From Clostridia bacterium (lineage in GTDB: Bacteria > Bacillota > Clostridia > Christensenellales > UBA1242), in contig JAZSRJ010000064.1 of the NCBI GenBank assembly GCA_045538425.1, positions 1 to 37,870 on the forward strand: a stretch of 37,870 bases of DNA, in the 5' to 3' direction. Shown piece by piece: positions 8,579-17,795 of this stretch. Made by a program: the position numbers and the translations under genes. Each line of letters starts with the position of its first letter. The first letter of the stretch is position 1. Below the pieces are notes generated by a model. The model worked only from the letters and a program-made list of their open reading frames with translations, had not been told where the DNA came from and ran no database searches.

Positions 8579-8611
8579 AAAAAAATCTTCTATGTTTTGA
8601 CACATAGAAGA
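8579..8611 (-). terminator. Rho-independent terminator of the ATPase gene
   Basis: Stem tcttctatg / 8-nt loop / catagaaga, with a T7 run on the minus strand. Confidence 0.75.
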
Positions 8612-8619
8612 CTATTACT

Positions 8620-11268
8620 TTATCGATCGTATTTTTCAAACATCTTATTGGTTGTATTGACAACAAATCTATGGAATGGATAAGTAAATTGTACAAGACA
8701 GATCATGAATAAGATATTCTTAATATCGGTAATTGGGACATATTCAAAGAAACTAAATGGTACAAAACCAAGTGTAATAATGGTCAAACCAACCATAACT
8801 ACCATCAAGAATCCACGATAAATATCGAGTGGCAAACATGTTGAGAACAATACAAGCAACCCAGAAATCGTTACAATAAGGGATGCCATGGTCACATATT
8901 GACCACCTGTTCCTAAGAACATATCAAAATAATAACATGCAATGACATTGAATGTAAAGATGATTGCACCAGGCAATGATCTTGCCAATAGGTTTGGTAA
9001 GAACTTACCACGAATACGTTCTTTATTAGGTTGCAATGCAAGGAAGAACGATGGTGCACCAATAACAAACCATTCAAGTAACATAATTTGGTTGGTAGAG
9101 AATGGATATTCTACCCCAACAATAATACAGAATAAAGATAAGAATGTAGTGAACAACGTTTTCATTAAGAATAATGAAGAAGACTTTTGCACGTTGTTGA
9201 CAACTCTTCGACCTTCAGCAACAACACTAGGCATACTAGAGAAATTGCTATCAAGTAGTACTAAGTGACTAACACTACGCGTTGCTTCACTACCACTAGC
9301 CATCGCAACACTACAATCTGCTTCTTTTAAGGCCAAGATGTCGTTGACACCATCACCTGTCATGGTTACAGTGTGTCCTTTTGCTTTCAACGCTTTAACA
9401 AGTACACACTTTTGCTCTGGACTAACACGTCCAAAGACGGTATATTGATTGGCAGCATCAATAACTTGTTGAGTGGTCAACCCTTCAAGACTAATGAATT
9501 TGTCTGCATTTTCTACACCTACACGGCGACTTACTTCACTGACTGTGATTGGGTTGTCACCACTAATAATTTTGACTTCTACATTGTTTTCTTTGAACCA
9601 TTTGATGGTATCATACGCATCATCTCTAATATGGTCTTGAATGACAATCAAAGCAATTGGTTGTCTATCTGTTGGCAATTTTCCATTAACCAATTCGCCT
9701 TTTGAACGTGCAAGAAGAAGTACACGGAATCCCTTTTGCGCATATTGTTTGACTGTTTTGTCTATGGTTGGATTTTTTCCTTTTAAGACAAATTCTGGTG
9801 CACCATAGATATAAGTTTCACCATTACGGAACGTAACAGCAGACAATTTTCTAGCACTACTAAAAGGTAAAATCTCTTTTGGCAACATCTCTTTGCTATA
9901 TCCAAAATGGTTGGCAAGCGCACGGCTAGTTTGGTTGTTGTCTTCCAATGCAGTTAGCATACTTCCCATAATATCATTCATATTGTAAGGTAGATCAAAC
10001 TCCAATTGAACAACATTATTGACTTTCATTGTTCCATCTGTAATTGTTCCTGTTTTGTCTAGACACAATACATCTGTACGTGCAAGCATTTCGATACTAT
10101 ACATATCTTGGACCAATGTACGTTTTTTAGCAAGTTTTACAACACCAGTAACCAAAGATAAGCTAGTAAGCAAGAACATACCTGCTGGAATCATACCAAT
10201 AATAGAACCGGCTGTTTTCTTAACTGTCTCATTCACATTAGCAAGTTGATTAAAGTTATTGTAATACATCAAAATTGCCATTGGTATAATGATAACAGCA
10301 ATAATACGAATAATCAAATTAAGACTGTTTAGCAATTCGCTATTTGGTTTTTTAAGCTGTTTTGCTTTGCTAGAAAGTTGCGCAATATAACTATCATTGC
10401 CTACTTTTTCTACTCTAGCAGTACATTTTCCACTAGCAATAAAACTTCCAGAATATAGCAAGTCTCCTGCTTTCTTCTTTACTGGAACACTTTCACCAGT
10501 CAAAAGACTTTCGTTGACTTCTACTTCTCCATCTACTACAATACAGTCTGCACAAATTTGTTTTCCCAATTGAAAGATCAACAAATCATCTAATACAACA
10601 CTTGTAATTGGAATATCTTTTACTTTTCCATCTCTTAAAGCAAGAGCAACAGGTGCTGTCACCAAACTGATTTTTTCCACGGTAATCTTAGCCTTAATCT
10701 CTTGAATGATCCCAATCAACATATTGGCAAGGATGGTACCCATAAAGACTAAGTTGCTCCATGCACCTACCGAAATCAATGCTCCACATACTGCAAAACA
10801 CAAGATATTGAAGAAGGTAAAGATATTGGTAATAAAGATACGCAAATATGACTTCTTATTCTTTTTATCCACCACATTGGTAAGACCCATCGATGTTCGA
10901 GCATCTACTTGCTCTTTGGTAAGTCCAACCTTCTTGTTAGGATTGTATCTTTCAATTGCTTTTTCTTCTTTTTGTTTCTTCTTTTTCTTTGGTTCGATCA
11001 TGAAGTTGAGATTCTTTTTCTCCACTTCTTCTTTTGGGATAACACGATTGGTCTTTTTTGAATTACCCTTTTCTACTTTCTCTTCTTCCACAACCATGAC
11101 TTCTGTCACTTCTTCTTGCACTACTTCCTCTTTTGGAGTTTTTGCTTTAGAAGATCTTTTTGTGGATTTTTTCTCCTCAACTGCGGCAGTTGTTGTTACT
11201 TCTGGTTGAGTTACAACTTCTTCTTGGACAGTTGCTTTCTTTTTTCTTGTTTTCTTCTTTTCTTCCAT
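8620..11268 (-). CDS. Cation-translocating P-type (E1-E2, HAD-IC) ATPase with a charged N-terminal extension
   Basis: 882 aa with TGES (LLTGESVPV), DKTGTIT and TGDGVNDILALKEAD motifs and multiple TM helices. The first ~105 residues are K/E/T-rich low complexity. Confidence 0.9.
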   Translation of the reverse strand: MEEKKKTRKKKATVQEEVVTQPEVTTTAAVEEKKSTKRSSKAKTPKEEVVQEEVTEVMVVEEEKVEKGNSKKTNRVIPKEEVEKKNLNFMIEPKKKKKQKEEKAIERYNPNKKVGLTKEQVDARTSMGLTNVVDKKNKKSYLRIFITNIFTFFNILCFAVCGALISVGAWSNLVFMGTILANMLIGIIQEIKAKITVEKISLVTAPVALALRDGKVKDIPITSVVLDDLLIFQLGKQICADCIVVDGEVEVNESLLTGESVPVKKKAGDLLYSGSFIASGKCTARVEKVGNDSYIAQLSSKAKQLKKPNSELLNSLNLIIRIIAVIIIPMAILMYYNNFNQLANVNETVKKTAGSIIGMIPAGMFLLTSLSLVTGVVKLAKKRTLVQDMYSIEMLARTDVLCLDKTGTITDGTMKVNNVVQLEFDLPYNMNDIMGSMLTALEDNNQTSRALANHFGYSKEMLPKEILPFSSARKLSAVTFRNGETYIYGAPEFVLKGKNPTIDKTVKQYAQKGFRVLLLARSKGELVNGKLPTDRQPIALIVIQDHIRDDAYDTIKWFKENNVEVKIISGDNPITVSEVSRRVGVENADKFISLEGLTTQQVIDAANQYTVFGRVSPEQKCVLVKALKAKGHTVTMTGDGVNDILALKEADCSVAMASGSEATRSVSHLVLLDSNFSSMPSVVAEGRRVVNNVQKSSSLFLMKTLFTTFLSLFCIIVGVEYPFSTNQIMLLEWFVIGAPSFFLALQPNKERIRGKFLPNLLARSLPGAIIFTFNVIACYYFDMFLGTGGQYVTMASLIVTISGLLVLFSTCLPLDIYRGFLMVVMVGLTIITLGFVPFSFFEYVPITDIKNILFMICLVQFTYPFHRFVVNTTNKMFEKYDR

Positions 11269-11439
11269 AATACCCTTAACTTTTATTTTTAGTATTCTTT
11301 ATTTTATCAATTACCCCCAATAAAAGCAAGCAAATAAAAAAGAAAAAGCGGGTTATCCGCAATTTTGCCACAAAATAACTATACAAATTGAGAAAATTGT
11401 GATACAATAGCCAAGAAATATTTACAATTCGAGGTAATT

Positions 11440-12810
11440 ATGAGCAAAGTAACAATGGACAAATTAGTCAATTTGTGTAAAAACCGTGGTATCATTTTTC
11501 AAGGTAGCGAAATCTACGGCGGTATGGGCAATACTTGGGATTATGGCCCAGTTGGTGTCGAAATTAAGAACAATATCAAACGTGCTTGGTGGAAACGCTT
11601 TGTCCAACAATCTGCCAATTCTTATGGTGTAGACGCTGCCATTCTTATGAACTCTAGAGTTTGGGATGCTAGTGGTCATACTGCTAGTTTTAGTGATCCA
11701 AAGATGGACTGCAAACAATGTAAAAACAGAATGCGTGCAGACAATCTTATCGAAACACATAGTAAAGGAAAACTAAATCCAGACCTAATGTCTAATGAAG
11801 AAATGGAACAATATATCAACGAGCACAAAGTTGCTTGTCCAAAATGTGGTCAATTCAATTGGACTAATATCCGTAACTTCAACTTAATGTTCGAAACTTC
11901 TCGTGGTGTCACTGATGATAGCCAAAACAAAATCTATCTAAGACCTGAGACCGCTCAAGGCGAATTCGTCAACTTCCTCAATGTACAACGTACAACAAGA
12001 GCAAAAGTACCATTCGGTATTGCTCAAGTAGGAAAAGCATTCCGTAACGAAATTACCCCTGGTAACTTCATTTTCCGTACAATTGAGTTCGAGCAAATGG
12101 AACACCAATGGTTCTGTAAAGATGGTACAGATAGTGCATTCTATGAAGAATACAAACAAAAAGCAATGGACTTCTTACTTGATCTTGGTTTTAATCAAGA
12201 CCATCTACGTTATCATGATCATGACAAACTTGCACATTATGCAAAAGCTGCTTGCGATATCCAATATTTGTTCCCAATGGGTTGGAGCGAACTAAACGGT
12301 ATCCACAATCGTACCGACTATGACCTTAGTCGTCACCAAGAATATAGTGGCAAAAATATGCTTTACATGGATCCAGTCACCAACGAAAAATATATTCCTT
12401 ATGTTATCGAATATTCTATCGGGGCAGACAGATTGATGCTTGCAACACTTAGTGAAGCCTATGATGAAGAAGTTATTGCAGAGAATGATACTCGTGTCGT
12501 TATGCACTTCCACCCTGCAATTGCTGCATATAAAGTAGCCGTGCTTCCTCTACAAAAGAACTTAAGTGAAAAAGCAAAAGCAATCTACCAAACATTACAA
12601 AAATATTTCATGTGTACTTACGATGAAGCAGGTTCTATTGGAAAACGTTATCGTAGACAAGACGAAATTGGTACTCCATATTGTATCACAATCGACTTTG
12701 ATACCTTAGACAATGACACTGTTACACTTCGTGATCGTGATACCATGGAACAAGTTAGAATGACAGTGGACGAAATTATTGATTTTGTCAATAAGAAAAT
12801 TGCACTATAA
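11440..12810 (+). CDS. glyQS: Glycine--tRNA ligase, single-chain (alpha2) type
   Basis: 456 aa. N-terminus [23 protein letters not shown]...[17 protein letters not shown] and RPETAQG..., which are characteristic of GlyQS. GAGGT RBS. Confidence 0.95.
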   Translation: MSKVTMDKLVNLCKNRGIIFQGSEIYGGMGNTWDYGPVGVEIKNNIKRAWWKRFVQQSANSYGVDAAILMNSRVWDASGHTASFSDPKMDCKQCKNRMRADNLIETHSKGKLNPDLMSNEEMEQYINEHKVACPKCGQFNWTNIRNFNLMFETSRGVTDDSQNKIYLRPETAQGEFVNFLNVQRTTRAKVPFGIAQVGKAFRNEITPGNFIFRTIEFEQMEHQWFCKDGTDSAFYEEYKQKAMDFLLDLGFNQDHLRYHDHDKLAHYAKAACDIQYLFPMGWSELNGIHNRTDYDLSRHQEYSGKNMLYMDPVTNEKYIPYVIEYSIGADRLMLATLSEAYDEEVIAENDTRVVMHFHPAIAAYKVAVLPLQKNLSEKAKAIYQTLQKYFMCTYDEAGSIGKRYRRQDEIGTPYCITIDFDTLDNDTVTLRDRDTMEQVRMTVDEIIDFVNKKIAL

Positions 12811-12812
12811 AT

Positions 12813-12839
12813 AAAAAAGTGGGACACCCCACTTTTTTT
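12813..12839. terminator. Bidirectional terminator (identical copy at 23811-23838)
   Basis: A6, gtggg-acac-cccac, T7, between convergent glyQS and the peptidase gene. Confidence 0.8.
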
Positions 12840-14301
12840 ATTGGATCACCACTTTCCCTGCTAACCAACTATCAAAGAAAGCAGAAAGTTTTGTCCCATA
12901 CACAGATTCAAAAGTTGCAATCATTTGGTCAGGTACTACATTGTCAAATTGATACTGACTACAATATCTCGTAAGCGCCTTGAAAAACTTTTTGTCTCCC
13001 ATCAAATCTCTTAAGTTATCAAATAATAATGTCCCTTTGACATATGTCATATAGACATACTCTGGTTCTGTATCATAATCACATACGGGGCGATTCATGC
13101 TCGTATCCACACTTCCCAATACCTCTTGACACAACTCTACAAAACTAACATAACTGGCATTGGTATTCTTAATTGCTTCCTCATAGGTTATCCCATAATC
13201 ACTATTCTTTTCATAAAACAAAATAGTGCTATAATCAGTCAATCCTTCATCCATCCAAGCATATCTATAGGCACTATTGCCAACCAACCCGTACCACCAT
13301 TGATGCGCTGTTTCGTGAATAATAACATTCTTATAATCTCTGCTATCTGTGACATCATCACTAATATAAACAAGCATTGGATATTCCATCCCACCATGCA
13401 TGAAGTCACTTTGTACGACACTATATGTATCATATGGATATTCTCCAAACATCTCTCCAAATGTAGCAATTGCATCCATGGCTGTCTTTAAGTAGACTTC
13501 TGGATTTTCTTGATCGTAGTAATAATATTTGACATTAACATTGCCAATATTGTCACTAACTACTTTGAAATTGTTGGAAAACACCATTGCAAAATCTCTA
13601 ACAACTTTCGCTTCTAATTCTTTTGTAACCATCCCGTCACCTGTTTTACTATCCGTTTCTTCCCCCGAATGCGCCATAATATACTCTTCTGGATAAGTCA
13701 TCGTCACTTTATAATTAGCCACATCACTATAGAATGGATCACCATTGGCATCATAAGGATCTGTTACAAAACCATGATCATACACACACGCAATGGGATA
13801 AAAATTGGCAAGGTTGATGGTATCATCCCCATACCCAAATCGATGATTGATATTAGGTAGTTGTATATGGTACTGCATCTCAAGCACCACTGTCTCTTGT
13901 GGATCAAGACGAACAGGCACATTGAGTATATCTTGGTCTACACCAGTATAGGTCACTTCCACATCTGTTCCTGCCACTTTGACAGCATCCATCATAATAT
14001 CCCCAAAACTTTCCCCATTAGGATAAGCATTGGCCTCATTCAGTTTTGTAACAGGTCGATGGATCGCATAACTACTAAAAGCTCTAGGATAAAGATGAAA
14101 ACATACTTGATCTAGGATTGTTTCTGTTTTGTTTTGATAGGTTAAAGTTTGTGTACCCACCACACTATGGTTGTCCACATCTAAAGTCAAATCCATCGTA
14201 TACGTATTGAGCGATTGACTTATTTTTTCCAAATTGGTTGTCTTTTTACAACCAGCAAGTAGCAATACACCAGCCACAACTAACACCCAAAGTTTTTTCA
14301 T
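12838..14301 (-). CDS. M1-family (gluzincin) metallopeptidase, lipoprotein
   Basis: HETAH-X18-E (HEXXH...WMDEG). Start placed at the ATG at 14301, which has an AAGGGGG RBS and gives signal peptide MKKLWVLVVAGVLLLAGC with a lipobox. The ORF-track start at 14352 is probably an over-extension. Confidence 0.85.
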   Translation of the reverse strand: MKKLWVLVVAGVLLLAGCKKTTNLEKISQSLNTYTMDLTLDVDNHSVVGTQTLTYQNKTETILDQVCFHLYPRAFSSYAIHRPVTKLNEANAYPNGESFGDIMMDAVKVAGTDVEVTYTGVDQDILNVPVRLDPQETVVLEMQYHIQLPNINHRFGYGDDTINLANFYPIACVYDHGFVTDPYDANGDPFYSDVANYKVTMTYPEEYIMAHSGEETDSKTGDGMVTKELEAKVVRDFAMVFSNNFKVVSDNIGNVNVKYYYYDQENPEVYLKTAMDAIATFGEMFGEYPYDTYSVVQSDFMHGGMEYPMLVYISDDVTDSRDYKNVIIHETAHQWWYGLVGNSAYRYAWMDEGLTDYSTILFYEKNSDYGITYEEAIKNTNASYVSFVELCQEVLGSVDTSMNRPVCDYDTEPEYVYMTYVKGTLLFDNLRDLMGDKKFFKALTRYCSQYQFDNVVPDQMIATFESVYGTKLSAFFDSWLAGKVVIQ

Positions 14302-14383
14302 AATACCCCCTTTCATTATCCTATTGTATGTGCTAGAAAAATAAAATAGCACAAAAAATTAGCAAACAATCTTTCCCACAACA

Positions 14384-14412
14384 TTGCAATTCCATCAAAA
14401 ATAGTATATAAT
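14384..14412 (+). promoter_or_regulatory. Candidate sigma-A promoter of the dnaB-dnaI operon
   Basis: TTGCAA (14384-14389), 17-nt spacer, TATAAT (14407-14412). Confidence 0.5.
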
Positions 14413-14457
14413 GTACAATATAAGAGATTACAAATGAAATTAACAAAGGAGTGCACT

Positions 14458-15891
14458 ATGTCTGTTTGTTCTTATTCTACCGAATATATCGATCAAGATT
14501 TTGTGAAAGTAGATCATCGTTTTATTCAAGAGTTTGCCCCTGTCGTACCAGATAGTATGCTCAAAGTCTATCTATATGGTCTATACGCTTGCAACAAAGA
14601 TATCTCTATGGATGAGATGTGTCAAGCACTCAATCTTAGCCCAGAAGACTTGGAAAGTGCATTCTTGTATTGGCAAGAGATGGGAGTGGTTACTGTTCTT
14701 TCTTCCAACCCATTGGATGTTAGATACTTACCAACCAAATATGCTTCCAATCATCTAAAAAAATACAACAAAGACAAATATACAGATTTTAATATCAAAG
14801 TACAAGAACTTCTCAATGGTAGAATGCTTACCCCTAACGAGTACAACGAATATTATTATCTTATGGAACATCTTCACTTTGAAGCAGATGCACTTCTTAT
14901 GCTTATTGCTTATTGTGTACAACTTAAGAATAACAAAGTCGGCTATAGCTATATCGTTACTGTTGCTAAAAACTTTGCGAGCGATGGTTGTACCACTTGC
15001 GAAAAAATGGAAGAACGTCTTGCTCTACAAGAACGTTCTACAAGCGACTTAAAACTTGTACTTGCAACATTAAAAATCAAACGAGCACCAAGCATTGAAG
15101 AATACAATCTTTATCTTACATGGACAGAAGTCCATGGACTTGCTTTCGAAATTATCAACCACTTAGCCAAAAAAGTCAAAAGTGGCGGTATGGAAAGATT
15201 AGACCAATTGGTCACAAAATGTATTGAGAACAAATTGTATAGCACAAAAGAAATTGATGATTACTACAACAATATGGACATGCTTTATACAACAGCAAAA
15301 CAAGTGGTGAAAAATCTAGGACTTAGATATGAAAATGTAGAACCTGTTGTCGAAACATATATCTTACCATGGATCAATTGTGGTCTAGATAGCGAAATGC
15401 TCGCCACCCTATCCAATCAATGTTTTAGACAAAATATTAGAACTCTTACTGGTCTTGATCAAATGGTGCAAAAATTGTATAAGTTGGGTATTGTTACTCT
15501 TGATGGATTGAGTCAATACTTAGAAAAACAAAAGAAAGAAGACCAAGGTATTGCCGATGTTTTGACAAAACTTGGGCTTACACGTCCAGTCAATCCAATT
15601 GATCGCAATTTTTACCAAACTTGGACCATTGACTGGAACTTACCAACACAACTCATTGAGTACGCTATTAGTTTGTCTAGCGACAAAGCACTACCTATGC
15701 AATACCTCAACAAAATTTTGTCTTATTACCATACCAACAATATCTCAACAGTGGAGCAAGCACAAAAACAAAATATAAGTTTTGCTAGCCCTGTCAAAGA
15801 AAAAACGAAAAAATCTGGTATCAAACAAAGACAATACACCAAAGAAGAAATGTCTAACCTTATTCAAAATATCAAGGAGATTGATCTATAA
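14458..15891 (+). CDS. dnaB: Replication initiation / helicase-loading protein of the Bacillus DnaB (DnaD-domain) type, not the replicative helicase
   Basis: 477 aa from the ATG at 14458, which has an AAGGAG RBS. Size, helical DnaD-like repeats and the 1-nt overlap with the downstream dnaI mirror the B. subtilis dnaB-dnaI operon. Confidence 0.7.
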   Translation: MSVCSYSTEYIDQDFVKVDHRFIQEFAPVVPDSMLKVYLYGLYACNKDISMDEMCQALNLSPEDLESAFLYWQEMGVVTVLSSNPLDVRYLPTKYASNHLKKYNKDKYTDFNIKVQELLNGRMLTPNEYNEYYYLMEHLHFEADALLMLIAYCVQLKNNKVGYSYIVTVAKNFASDGCTTCEKMEERLALQERSTSDLKLVLATLKIKRAPSIEEYNLYLTWTEVHGLAFEIINHLAKKVKSGGMERLDQLVTKCIENKLYSTKEIDDYYNNMDMLYTTAKQVVKNLGLRYENVEPVVETYILPWINCGLDSEMLATLSNQCFRQNIRTLTGLDQMVQKLYKLGIVTLDGLSQYLEKQKKEDQGIADVLTKLGLTRPVNPIDRNFYQTWTIDWNLPTQLIEYAISLSSDKALPMQYLNKILSYYHTNNISTVEQAQKQNISFASPVKEKTKKSGIKQRQYTKEEMSNLIQNIKEIDL

Positions 15892-16823
15892 TGAATATGT
15901 ATATCCAAGCAGAAAAAATATTGCAAACAAGAAAAGATCGAGCTGACCAAGAAGCATATGCATTTTTGCAAGAACAAATTAAAGATGAAACATTTCGCAC
16001 TTTATTCGAACAACAACAAACTTTGATTATTCAACTTGGCAAACAACAATACTTGGGCAACAACACCCAACAACTAGAAAAAGAACTAGAGATCAATCGC
16101 CAACAACAAGAACAATGGTTAGCCAAAAAAGGATTGGATATCAACCAACTTAGTCCACAATACCATTGCACTATTTGCCAAGATACAGGCAAAGTAGAAA
16201 ATGGTCGTTGCAAATGTTTTTACAAAATCATTTCCCAAATCTTGCTCGAAGAAAGCAATATCAAAGATAGAATACTTCCAAGTTTTCGTACAACAAAATT
16301 AGATATTTTTGATAAAGAATATAGAGATAACATCCATTCTTTGTACGCTACTGCAAAAAAATATATTGACAAATTGTACGAAACCAACAAACAATTCTTC
16401 ATCTTATGCGGAATGAGCGGAACAGGAAAAACTTATCTTGCCGAATGTATGGTATCTTACGCTATTGAAAAATATATTCCTACTTATTATGTAACAAGTT
16501 TTCAATTCAACAACGATATGCTCAACTGCCATATTGCAAAATTAGAAGACAAAACAAACATCTTGCAAAAGTATCTTGATTGTGACCTACTTGTGATTGA
16601 TGACCTAGGGACAGAACCAATTATGAAAAATGTCACTCTTGAATATCTATATCTAATCCTTAATGATCGTTATATCAACCATAAGAAGACAGTGATCACC
16701 ACCAACTTATTCCCTGACGACTTAATGGAAAGATATGAAGAAAGAATATTCTCAAGACTCACCAATCAAAAAGATAGCGTCTTTGTCGAGATGCAATCTA
16801 ATAATATTAGACATAAAAAATAG
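15891..16823 (+). CDS. dnaI: Primosomal helicase loader DnaI (AAA+)
   Basis: N-terminal zinc motif CTICQDTGKVENGRCKC, Walker A GMSGTGKT and Walker B LLVIDDLG. Its ATG overlaps the upstream stop. Confidence 0.85.
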   Translation: MNMYIQAEKILQTRKDRADQEAYAFLQEQIKDETFRTLFEQQQTLIIQLGKQQYLGNNTQQLEKELEINRQQQEQWLAKKGLDINQLSPQYHCTICQDTGKVENGRCKCFYKIISQILLEESNIKDRILPSFRTTKLDIFDKEYRDNIHSLYATAKKYIDKLYETNKQFFILCGMSGTGKTYLAECMVSYAIEKYIPTYYVTSFQFNNDMLNCHIAKLEDKTNILQKYLDCDLLVIDDLGTEPIMKNVTLEYLYLILNDRYINHKKTVITTNLFPDDLMERYEERIFSRLTNQKDSVFVEMQSNNIRHKK

Positions 16824-16832
16824 ACGACTTTC

Positions 16833-16963
16833 GTCGCCTATTTTTTATTCTCCTGTTGATACGTCATCTGTTGTATCAGTCTCTTGTTTTGCTTGTTTTT
16901 TCTTTCTCTTCATCTCTGGGATATCTTGTACTGTTTTGTCTGGATTTTGCCATTTTAGATTTT
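16833..16963 (-). pseudogene. Relic of the 3' end of a homologue of the 571-aa gene (direct-repeat copy A)
   Basis: 131 nt aligning to 17666-17795 with 6 substitutions and one 1-nt insertion. On the minus strand it encodes ...PDKTVQDIPEMKRKKKQAKQETDTTDDVSTGE*, with the stop at 16845-16847. An in-frame TAA and loss of homology lie upstream. Confidence 0.7.
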
Positions 16964-17005
16964 TTTAGAAATTTTTAGAAATTTGCAACATTTTTTTAAA
17001 TTATA

Positions 17006-17014
17006 TGTTATAAT
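17006..17014 (+). promoter_or_regulatory. Extended -10 element (TGtTATAAT) upstream of the cassette
   Basis: TGTTATAAT at 17006-17014, 27 nt before the ATG at 17042. It is preceded by the tandem repeat tttagaaatt x2 (16964-16984). Confidence 0.4.
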
Positions 17015-17041
17015 GATTTTAATTTAACATAGGAGAAAATT

Positions 17042-17251
17042 ATGAATTGTCCAAAATGTAATAGTGAAAACTGTAAAATCATCAATGAATTTTCTACTGA
17101 AGGCAAAGATTTCTCTGCTGGCAAAGGTTGTTTAGGAGCCTTATTATTGGGACCATTGGGGATTTTATGTGGAGCGTGTGGAAAAGGTAGACAGACAACT
17201 AACACAAATTATTGGGTATGTGAAAATTGTGGAAATAAATGGAAATTATAA
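17042..17251 (+). CDS. Small zinc-ribbon protein with a central Gly-rich hydrophobic segment
   Basis: 69 aa. CPKC...(GKGCLGALLLGPLGILCGACG)...CENC. AGGAG RBS. Confidence 0.7.
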   Translation: MNCPKCNSENCKIINEFSTEGKDFSAGKGCLGALLLGPLGILCGACGKGRQTTNTNYWVCENCGNKWKL

Positions 17252-17279
17252 AAACAAAATAAAGGTTTGGTTGTTTTTT

Positions 17280-17606
17280 ATGTCCATCGGAAGAAAGTTG
17301 GGGTGTCATCAAATGCATTCTCGCAGTTTCTTTATCAAAGGATATCAATTCCCTATCTGTGCAAGATGTACAGGGGTTTTAGTGGGTGAAATTGTTGCAA
17401 TCCCTTTGTTGTTTTTTTTAAACCTTAATATATGGTGGACTTTTCTACTTTTAATACCAATGGGTGTAGATTGGGGAGTTCAATATTTTTTTAAAATTGA
17501 ATCCAATAACATTAGGCGATTTATAACGGGTCTTTTGGCTGGTTTTGGATTAACATTTATTTATTATTTTATAATTTTCTGGATAATATTTTTATTCAAA
17601 AAATAA
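17280..17606 (+). CDS. DUF2085-like membrane protein
   Basis: 108 aa from the ATG at 17280. CHQ...RSF...FPICARCTG signature followed by three hydrophobic helices. The track start at 17169 overlaps the upstream gene and is probably spurious. Confidence 0.65.
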   Translation: MSIGRKLGCHQMHSRSFFIKGYQFPICARCTGVLVGEIVAIPLLFFLNLNIWWTFLLLIPMGVDWGVQYFFKIESNNIRRFITGLLAGFGLTFIYYFIIFWIIFLFKK

Positions 17607-17638
17607 AAATAGATAGTTTGTAGACTATCTATTTTTTT
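17605..17638. terminator. Bidirectional terminator
   Basis: A5, atagatagt / 6-nt loop / actatctat, T7. Serves the cassette (+) and the 571-aa gene (-). Confidence 0.75.
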
Positions 17639-17665
17639 CACTAGTTTCAAAAGTTAGTGACCTTA

Positions 17666-17795
17666 GTCGCCTATTTTTTATTCTCCTGTTGATACATCAT
17701 CTGTTGTATCAGTCTCTTGTTTTGCTTGTTTTTTCTTTCTTTTCATTGCAGGAATATCTTGTACTGTTTTGTCTGGATTTTCCATTTTAGATTTT
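17666..17795 (-). repeat. Direct-repeat copy B (the authentic 3' end of the 571-aa gene)
   Basis: Aligns with 16833-16963 at roughly 95% identity (hand alignment). Confidence 0.85.

Noticed and set aside
11269-11439. T-box leader upstream of glyQS, and likewise upstream of serS at 29774-29860.
   Set aside because: Both genes are T-box regulated in many Firmicutes. Here the candidate promoters leave leaders of only about 30-50 nt. I found no T-box consensus (AGGGTGGNACCGCG-like), specifier stem or terminator/antiterminator pair. The absence is noted but is unremarkable for reduced-regulation lineages.
16735-16968. 77-aa plus-strand ORF running from the dnaI 3' end across repeat copy A.
   Set aside because: It overlaps dnaI in another frame and has no RBS. 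Its sequence is the antisense reading of the relic coding fragment, so it is spurious.
17169-17279. The 5' extension of the DUF2085-like ORF (track start 17169) that overlaps the zinc-ribbon gene.
   Set aside because: The extension is out of frame with, and overlaps, a well-supported gene. The conserved CHQ...CARCTG region begins right after the ATG at 17280, so the shorter form is preferred.
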